Below, piece by piece: positions 9,981 through 16,476 of a stretch of DNA of 32,000 nt; the stretch's first letter is position 1; each line of letters starts with the position of its first letter. The notes beneath the pieces were generated by a model, which saw nothing but the letters and a program-made list of their open reading frames with translations, ran no database searches and was not told the DNA's origin. This DNA is from Wolbachia endosymbiont of Drosophila innubila (GTDB lineage: Bacteria > Pseudomonadota > Alphaproteobacteria > Rickettsiales > Anaplasmataceae). Location: positions 1,020,001 to 1,052,000 of the forward strand of contig NZ_CP076228.1 in assembly GCF_021378375.1 (NCBI RefSeq), in the 5' to 3' direction. The position numbers were made by a program, and so were the translations under genes.

Positions 9981-10730
9981 TTACTCTGTACCGTTCACAC
10001 TTAATTCTTCAATCTCACTAATAGAAAGGCCAGTAAACTTAACAATAGTGTTGACATCAACATTATTAGCCAGCATTGCTTTTGCGACTTCAATTTTCCC
10101 TTCAATTTTCCCTTCAATTTTCCCTTCAATTTTCCCTTCAATTTTCCCTTCAATTTTCCCTTCAATTTTCCCTTCAATTTTCCCTTCAATTTTCCCTTCA
10201 ATTTTCCCTTTCTCTATACCTTTTTGTATACCTTTCTCTTCAGCAAGATCAAGTCTGTATTCAAGAATGGCTTCTTCTTTGCGCAGATCCATTATTCTTT
10301 CTTCATAAGTTATTAGATCTTTTTCATTCCAGTGAAACTTATCTAATTCATCATATGCTAGCTTTATTATTGGTGATTTTTCCGCAATTTTTCTGAGATC
10401 TTCGTCCGTTGTTTCATCTGCATATTTGAAAAAAAATAGCCAACGGTCTACTACACTTTCTAGTTGTTCTTCTCTACTCTTAGGAAATTTTGGCAGCTCT
10501 ATGAAGATAAATTGAAAATCTTTTAAGTCATGCTCATTGGTTTTTTCATCTCTTATGGTATGGCTAGATATATAGTCAAGCTTATCAGGGAATAAGGTAC
10601 AATTTGAAATCGCGATAAAGAAAATCTTCTTTAAATCAACGTATTTACCAGATTTATCAGCTTGTCTTGAGTAAGCCTTAGCAGCATAAAGTTGTGCGCG
10701 TTTTTCAAAGCCCTTAGTTTTAGCGACCTG
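9981..10730 (-). pseudogene. Rpn (YhgA-like, PD-(D/E)XK) family recombination-promoting nuclease/putative transposase, copy 1; N-terminal part displaced by a group II intron
   Basis: The minus frame is open from 10730 to the stop at 9981. It reads QVAKTKGFEKRAQLYAAKAYSRQ...FIFIELPKFPKSREEQLESVVDRWLFFFKYADETT...EKGIQKGIEKG(KIEG)n...VKFTGLSISEIEEL. Upstream of 10731 the sequence is intron domain VI/V. Confidence 0.8.
10091..10210. repeat. 12-bp perfect tandem repeat caattttccctt x10, coding (KIEG)n on the minus strand
   Basis: Direct count of ten identical 12-mers. All alternative-frame ORFs here are repeat artefacts. Confidence 0.97.
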
Positions 10731-10770
10731 GTTAGGTAAGGAAGTAGTATTGCTACTACTCCTCCCTTAG

Positions 10771-10804
10771 AAACGCAGCATGCAGGTTTCTCCACACTAC
10801 GCTT
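10771..10804 (-). ncRNA. group II intron ribozyme domain V
   Basis: Minus-strand AAGCGUAGUGUGGAGAAACCUGCAUGCUGCGUUU. 9-bp lower stem containing the AGC triad, 2-nt bulge (AU), upper stem, GAAA tetraloop, exactly 34 nt. Confidence 0.75.
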
Positions 10805-10848
10805 GAGCCCCTTATCTAAGTCCTTCTTTTCTCGAACCGGCTTGTCCT

Positions 10849-11836
10849 TCATGATTCCTCAGAAAACATCATTCTTAATGGTGACACCAACAGCAGAGAA
10901 CCTTCTCTTGAGAAAGAGCTTGCTAACATTTTTGTTTGTTTCACTCTTTCATCAAAATACTTTTTCCATTTTAAGTCAAGTGGATTTGCATCCGCCCTGA
11001 TTTTAACATGTCGTCTGATAGGTATATCAATCAACCTAAGCAGTCTTAAATACCTTATCTCTTTCGGTTTGTTCTTGCATATGGGTGCAGCAAAGACCCA
11101 TTGGCGTTGTTTCATTACCTTGAAGTAACGATTCTTTATCCAACGTAATCCTTTACGAGGATGTCTTTTCTTTGCCCATTTCCATAGAGCACACATAATT
11201 TCATGGTCTATTTTGTTAAAAGCTCTTTTCGCACACACATGGCTGTAGTAATTTTCCCATCCCCTTAATAGGGGAATTGAGCAACTTGATTAGTACGGCC
11301 TGAGTGTTCGCTATGTTTGCCTTTATCAATGTACGTGCTTTATTAAGAAGTTTCTTAATACTTTCTTTTGAAGGTTTTATAATTAACTTCTTATTATACC
11401 TGCGTACATTACAACCAAGAAAGTCAAACCCTGTTGTAATAGATGTAATTTTTGTTTTCTCTTCGGAAAGGATAAGACCTCTCTCCTGAAGAAAGGACGA
11501 TACTAGAGGTTTTACTTCATTTTCCAGTACTTCACGTGTGATTCCTGAAATGATAAAGTCATCTGCGTACCTGATTACATTTACTCCACTTCTGATTTTG
11601 CTTCTTCTTTTACTGCCAAGTTTACCAAATTGACTTTCCAATGATTTTTCAAGTCCATTTAGGGCTAGATTTGCTAGTATTGGAGAGATGATACTACCTT
11701 GTGGGGTACCTGCAGTTGTGGAATACAGAGTTTTTGATTCTAGGAAGCCAGCTTTTAACCAGCTATGAAGAATTTTCTTCTCCATAGGAATATGCTTCAT
11801 GAGCCATTCATGGTTAATGTTATCAAAACACCCTTT
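10849..11836 (-). pseudogene. group II intron reverse transcriptase/maturase (IEP), N-terminally truncated and frameshifted
   Basis: KGCFDNINHEWLM, GTPQGSIISPILANLALNGLE, IRYADDFIISG (YADD RT active site). The maturase X domain (R)GWENYYSHVCAKRAFNKIDHEI is reached only after a frameshift near 11265..11272, so the ORFs are split as 11216..11869 and 10849..11238. Confidence 0.88.
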
Positions 11837-11861
11837 AGAGGTTGTTCGGAAACTAGTAAAT

Positions 11862-12173
11862 TCAAGCATATTCCCTCTTTAACATAACCCTACTCATAGC
11901 TAGGTATATGAAATTCTCAGTGGATGTTGTGAGTAAATCATACTCCTTCGATAGCCTTCTATTCCTATTAACCCAAGCAAAAGTCCTTTCTACAACCCAT
12001 CTTCTTGGCTGTACTTTAAACCCTTGTTCTCTTGTTGGTAGTAGCTCAGGTGGCGTATCTTTGTGCACCCAAAATCTACATGGAGGCCTTTTAACAATTT
12101 CAATATCTATGTCATATTCTTCCTTTATGTGATTCTTTAAATTTCTTCCTTGGTATCCCATGTCAGCCCACAT
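11862..12173 (-). CDS. IS5-family transposase OrfB (C-terminal DDE part)
   Basis: 103 aa. WADMGYQG and RWVVERTFAWVNRNRRLSKEYD (DDE second D and E regions). It lies in the -1 frame relative to the upstream segment, across an A6 run. Confidence 0.8.
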   Translation of the reverse strand: MWADMGYQGRNLKNHIKEEYDIDIEIVKRPPCRFWVHKDTPPELLPTREQGFKVQPRRWVVERTFAWVNRNRRLSKEYDLLTTSTENFIYLAMSRVMLKREYA

Positions 12174-12313
12174 TTTTTAACTTTAGTATATTTTGTTCTC
12201 ATATTGTTTAATGCTATTTTAATACCATCTCTATCATTTTCGTTAGCAGCGCCTACGTAACAACCTAGTATAAAACCCTGAGTGTCTGTAATTATATGCC
12301 TTTTTCTACCCTT

Positions 12314-12691
12314 TTACTTTTTACTTCCATCATAGCTTTGATCCCCCTTTTCTGTAGTCTTTACAGATTGACTATCTACTATACAGGCACTCGGCTGCTC
12401 ATTCTTTCCTATTTTTCTTCTACTATATTTTGTAATTTCATAATTCATTTTCTCAAAAATTCCCTGCTTCTTCCATTGCCTGAACTGCTCATACACAGTC
12501 TTCCATAGCGGAAAATCATTTGGTAAATACCGCCATTGACACCCTGTACGCAATACATAGAAAATTGCTTCTAATATTTCTTTTTTGCTATACTTTGGCA
12601 GCCTTCCTCCTTTCTTGTATGATACTCTGAAGTGTTTTTCTATTCTTGCCCATTCCCTTTCGCTTAGATCTGTTGGATACTTTTTTCTCAT
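12314..12691 (-). CDS. IS5-family transposase OrfA (N-terminal DNA-binding part)
   Basis: 125 aa. YPTDLSEREWARIEKHF...RTGCQWRYLPNDFPLWKTVYEQFRQW is the typical IS5/IS4 N-terminal domain. It ends at an in-frame TAA that is followed by KGRKRHIITDTQGF in the same frame. Confidence 0.8.
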   Translation of the reverse strand: MRKKYPTDLSEREWARIEKHFRVSYKKGGRLPKYSKKEILEAIFYVLRTGCQWRYLPNDFPLWKTVYEQFRQWKKQGIFEKMNYEITKYSRRKIGKNEQPSACIVDSQSVKTTEKGDQSYDGSKK

Positions 12692-12751
12692 CTTTACCCC
12701 GTACTAAAATTTCAGATATTATAGCCTTTTACTTGTTTCCGGACAACCTCT

Positions 12752-13451
12752 AAGACAAACAGTCGGGTTTATAAAAGGGTATTTGCAACAAATAGGAAGA
12801 GATTTGCAGCTATTCACAAGCATCAAAAGAAACTTAATATTAAGATAAATGATTGCAGAAAATAATATGGAAGATATCGAAATTGCTATAGACAGTACAG
12901 GAATTAGTATATACAACAACACACAGCAAGGAAAATAGCACTGACAGAAAATATCGTGGCTATGAGCAAACGAGAAAATTGCACGTAATGTTGAATATAA
13001 ACAACAAAAAAGCCATAGCTGTAAAATACAGTAACGGCTGATCACTATGGAGCTTGTGATTTGCTAAAAGAAGTTGATTTTCAGCATGCCATAAAAGCAC
13101 TATATGCAGATAGAGCATGATAGGCACAAGTTTTATAAGTTGTGTAACGAATATGATATAAAGACAAAAATTCCACCAATAAACAATGCGGCAGAACATC
13201 CAGAAATAGATTATATGTCTGACAGGAATGCTGCTATTAGGTTAATAAAATTATACGGTGAAGGTGGCATGAAAGAATGGAAAAAAGAAGTAAATTATGG
13301 GAAAAGATCTTATATTGAAGGGTTTTTCTCAAGATTAAAGCAAATATTCGGATTTAGTTTTAGGAATAAATCTGAGATAAATCGAGAAAAAGAACTAAAT
13401 GCTATTTGCTTAATAAATTCACTGATATTGGTATGGCTAAATTTGAGATAG
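12752..13451 (+). pseudogene. remnant of a different IS5-type transposase gene, 5'-truncated by ISWpi1 and carrying stops/frameshifts
   Basis: The + strand reads IAIDSTGISIYN..., KALYADRA then a frameshift at gcatgatagg (expected YADRAYD), then RHKFYKLCNEYDIKTKIPP...GKRSYIEGFFSRLKQIFGF (DDE E region). Confidence 0.7.
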
Positions 13452-13502
13452 TTACATGAATTTACCATAAATCACCATCTCATAAAGTGTGATGCAACAA
13501 AG

Positions 13503-13576
13503 CCATCCCAGTGTCTGGGCACTGGGATGACACACCCTTTTGGATGGAAACCAGTGTCAGGTACTCGGATGACACC
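13503..13576. repeat. family A palindromic repeat immediately after the addB stop codon
   Basis: ccatcccagtgtctgggcactgggatgacacaccc plus ggaaaccagtgtcaggtactcggatgacacc. It ends 3 nt from the addB TAA (13579..13581). Confidence 0.85.
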
Positions 13577-13578
13577 AT

Positions 13579-16389
13579 TTACAACCACTCTCCTACCCTT
13601 TCTAGCTGTTTATAGCTGTTAAATCTCAGGAATTTATCAAAATATGGAGAGGCAATAAAGGGTGTGGAATTACTTAAATAGTTAGATAAAAAACCAGGCA
13701 GATCATTTTTTAATTCTTGCATTTTGTATCTATAATTTTGTATAGAAATAACTTTTATTTTATCATAATCAAGTTTCCAATAAGCAAGTTCTGAGACTTC
13801 TCTTTTTGTTATATGTTCTACCGCTAAGGCTTGTAAAATTAATTGCGGAAAAAATCCCGACATTACTTCTTCATTGGAAGGTGGTGTACCAAGCTTATAG
13901 TCTATAATTGCCACTTGCCCACTTGGTAGATACTCAACTCTATCACATCTTGCTATCAGTGAAATTTCTTGTGGCTTATTTGTCATCCAAGCAGTTTCAT
14001 ACTGATCACAAGAACCAGTTTCACGCGCTGGAATATGAAATATCGGACAGGAAAAGTTCTTTTCCAACTCAACATAATTGCTTCGAGTTTCATCAAATTC
14101 GACAAAAGATTGAATTATCTTTTGTAGTCTTACCCACCACATATTTGAAAAATTAAACTGACTAGTCGAGAATGCTTCTCGTGCAATGCTCATTGGAGAT
14201 TTTTTGTTGCGTAAATATCTTGCAAGAATGTTGTGTACCATAGTGCCAAATTCCAATATCGATGGCTTGAAATTCAAGTCTCTTAATTGTTTAAGACCCA
14301 GTATATATTCAACGTAAAATGAATAAGGATTACGAATTAGCTTTTCTATTGCACTGCAAGACATCACCTGCATTTTTTCTTTTCTAACTTCGGTTTGAGG
14401 TTTTGGCATAGGCTGAGTACATGGAACAGTACATTCAGGCGTATTTAATATCCTTAGCCAATCACGATACGGCTGCTTCCCCTCCTTGAGTAGAATTTCC
14501 AAACGCTGCAATAGAATTGGCTTTCTATGGCTTAGCGATCTTGTAATATAAACCTTACTTGCACAAAACAAATTGTGTAAAGTATAAAAAAAATACCCCT
14601 GCTCTTCTTGTGCAGAAGGAAGATTAAATTTTTCTCTCGTAAGTGCATTCAAAAGCGGACTTTGAAAGCTTGGCGCTTCATTAAATCCAGCAAGTATTAC
14701 AACTTTGTTGTGATATAAGCTGAATTTATTCAAGTCACTTGCTACAAAGAAAAACTCTTTCTCTAAAAATAAGGTCAGAATTTGGCTATATAACTCTAAG
14801 GAGCATTTAATTCCTACACCCTCACATGCATTTGAGAAATTACAGGTAAAATTACCTATTTCACTATTTAGCTCTGAAAAATTTATACCAGATAATATAT
14901 TAATACACTGCAAATGAGTTGCTACCACATCGAAAATAGAGCAATTTATAGAACGAAGTAAAGGATTAAATATAACCTCTAACTTACTGATAATAAGTAA
15001 TATATCTTCTTTGTATTTTAGCTTTTTATGGGCATTGATAGCATTTATAATATCGCTCAGACCATTTGTACTAAAGTTGCGTAATATCTCTATTTCAAAT
15101 TCAGATAAAATCCGAGTGTACTCTTCTTGAGTGTAACCAAAAGTCACTAGCCTATGTTTAAGGAGCGAAAGTAATGACACACTGCTCCAATTTGAGGTCA
15201 AAACTTCGATACTATAAAGCAGAAGCGTTATATAAGGGTAATTTTCCGGTATGGCACTGTGTTGCCTTGATAAACATGCTATACGAGCTGCAAGTAATTT
15301 ATCAAAGACGACCAAAGAAATGTTTTCATAACCTTCATTTTCTATAATTAATGATGTCACTTGTGCTTCTTCCTCTCTGGAATCACAAGTGATGACTTCA
15401 ATATTGCCAACATGTCCACTACTAACTTTGCTTAGATCGGCAGTTGTATCAAAGACGTAATCTAGATATTCCTCAGGACTTCCTGTTATCCCAGCCCTTT
15501 CTTCTGTCATCCAAGTAGCTGACACTGGGATCCAGTTTTCATTATACAGCCACCTGGTGCGCTCATTTAAAGTTAAGTTTTCTGGATCCCAGTGTCTGGG
15601 CACTGGAGAACACGCTTCTGGCAGAAAACTCACATCCCTTCTATCCACTTTTAAATAATCGAGCAGATCTTTCAGGCAATATTGATAATGTTTTTTATCA
15701 AGCGATTTCCAGTCTTTCTCTTTAATTTTCAAATTCAAGTTAGGCAAAATTATTTTTCCAAATGGCAGATCATATATAGCCCTAATTAACGACTTATCCT
15801 TTCCAATTCCAACAAAGATTATATATTGGTCTTTTTGTAAAGAGATTATCATATTGTTTATGTAATCACTCTTATGTTTTAATATATCTACTACTTCTAA
15901 ATCTTTTAAAGTTTTACTCCAAGTCTCAGTGAGTAAGCTTATGAAATTCTCTATTTTTTTTGAATGTTCATCAAATTGATAACAATCCGTTGTTTGGGTA
16001 GATTGAATTTTATCAAGCAGTGATGGCAGGCTATAAGCTAAATCAATTGGAAAATTATCATTATTTTTTCTATTCCACTCCAATATGAATTGAATGAGTA
16101 GCAGTGTCCTTTTTGTTGGCTTGATAACTTTAACCCTATCAAGATTTAATATTAAATCTTCCTCATCAATATTCTCTAGCGAAACTATCTCTGGCAAAAT
16201 TATGCATTTTTTAGCGTTATGATTCTTGAATGCACTCAGCAGCGCTATCACATCCCTCTTGCAAGGAAGTATGATTTTTACTTCAGGAATTTTTTCTCTT
16301 TCATATTCAGAAAATATGTGCTGAACCAGCACATCAAAAAGAGATTCATCCACATTAACGGTAAAAACTCTTCCCACTAACAGTAACAA
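13579..16389 (-). CDS. addB: double-strand break repair protein AddB (alphaproteobacterial type, C-terminal PD-(D/E)XK nuclease)
   Basis: 936-aa ORF. C-terminal nuclease motifs LIARCDRVEY...VAIIDYKLGTPPS...QLILQALA. Start is uncertain (TTG 16389 or GTG 16377). Carries repeat-derived in-frame segments. Confidence 0.82.
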   Translation of the reverse strand: MLLLVGRVFTVNVDESLFDVLVQHIFSEYEREKIPEVKIILPCKRDVIALLSAFKNHNAKKCIILPEIVSLENIDEEDLILNLDRVKVIKPTKRTLLLIQFILEWNRKNNDNFPIDLAYSLPSLLDKIQSTQTTDCYQFDEHSKKIENFISLLTETWSKTLKDLEVVDILKHKSDYINNMIISLQKDQYIIFVGIGKDKSLIRAIYDLPFGKIILPNLNLKIKEKDWKSLDKKHYQYCLKDLLDYLKVDRRDVSFLPEACSPVPRHWDPENLTLNERTRWLYNENWIPVSATWMTEERAGITGSPEEYLDYVFDTTADLSKVSSGHVGNIEVITCDSREEEAQVTSLIIENEGYENISLVVFDKLLAARIACLSRQHSAIPENYPYITLLLYSIEVLTSNWSSVSLLSLLKHRLVTFGYTQEEYTRILSEFEIEILRNFSTNGLSDIINAINAHKKLKYKEDILLIISKLEVIFNPLLRSINCSIFDVVATHLQCINILSGINFSELNSEIGNFTCNFSNACEGVGIKCSLELYSQILTLFLEKEFFFVASDLNKFSLYHNKVVILAGFNEAPSFQSPLLNALTREKFNLPSAQEEQGYFFYTLHNLFCASKVYITRSLSHRKPILLQRLEILLKEGKQPYRDWLRILNTPECTVPCTQPMPKPQTEVRKEKMQVMSCSAIEKLIRNPYSFYVEYILGLKQLRDLNFKPSILEFGTMVHNILARYLRNKKSPMSIAREAFSTSQFNFSNMWWVRLQKIIQSFVEFDETRSNYVELEKNFSCPIFHIPARETGSCDQYETAWMTNKPQEISLIARCDRVEYLPSGQVAIIDYKLGTPPSNEEVMSGFFPQLILQALAVEHITKREVSELAYWKLDYDKIKVISIQNYRYKMQELKNDLPGFLSNYLSNSTPFIASPYFDKFLRFNSYKQLERVGEWL
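13981..14037. repeat. degenerate family A repeat inside addB
   Basis: tgtcatccaagcag...gtttcacgcgctggaatatg resembles the gtcatccaagtagc and cacgcgctggaatgac modules. Encodes ...ARETGSCDQYETAWMTNK. Confidence 0.55.
15482..15613. repeat. family A repeat modules inside addB, in frame
   Basis: cctgttatcccagccctttcttctgtcatccaagtagctgacactgggatccag is near-identical to purL 16804..16857. A second module is tggatcccagtgtctgggcactggagaacac. Encodes PVPRHWDP...WIPVSATWMTEERAGITG. Confidence 0.85.
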
Positions 16390-16476
16390 TTAATACAATA
16401 TTTTATTGTATAGAAATTATTCAAAATATAAACGTGCTTGTATGCTATTATATATTAAAATTTTTTATAACATTAC

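Larger units (their letters stand above)
10731..11836 (-). mobile_element. group II intron, 3' portion only (domain IV ORF remnant plus domains V and VI); 5' half removed at an ISWpi1 insertion
   Basis: RT/maturase ORFs on the minus strand, a canonical 34-nt domain V at 10771..10804, a domain VI-like hairpin with GCAA loop, and a terminus reading ...CCUAAC at 10731. Confidence 0.85.
11837..12751 (-). mobile_element. ISWpi1-like IS5-family insertion sequence, copy 1 (915 bp)
   Basis: Terminal inverted repeats agaggttgt(t)cggaaac ... gtttccggacaacctct. Two transposase ORFs on the minus strand. A near-identical copy lies at 24453..25365. Confidence 0.9.

Noticed and set aside
10091-10210. Possible CRISPR array (regular short repeats), here and in the palindromic-repeat clusters at 20277..20693
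   Set aside because: The 12-bp units are contiguous with no spacers. The palindromic modules are heterogeneous, irregularly spaced and occur in both orientations. No cas genes are present.
10001-10396. ORFs 10001..10201(-), 10048..10308(+), 10076..10396(+) and their twins at 31348..31743, encoding LKGK, IFPS and LQFS repeats
   Set aside because: These are alternative-frame and antisense readings of the 12-bp tandem repeat. Only the minus-strand KIEG frame continues into recognisable Rpn protein sequence.
12719-13199. Minus-strand ORFs 12719..13045 and 12960..13199
   Set aside because: They lie antisense to the IS5-type transposase remnant and have hydrophobic, junk-like composition.
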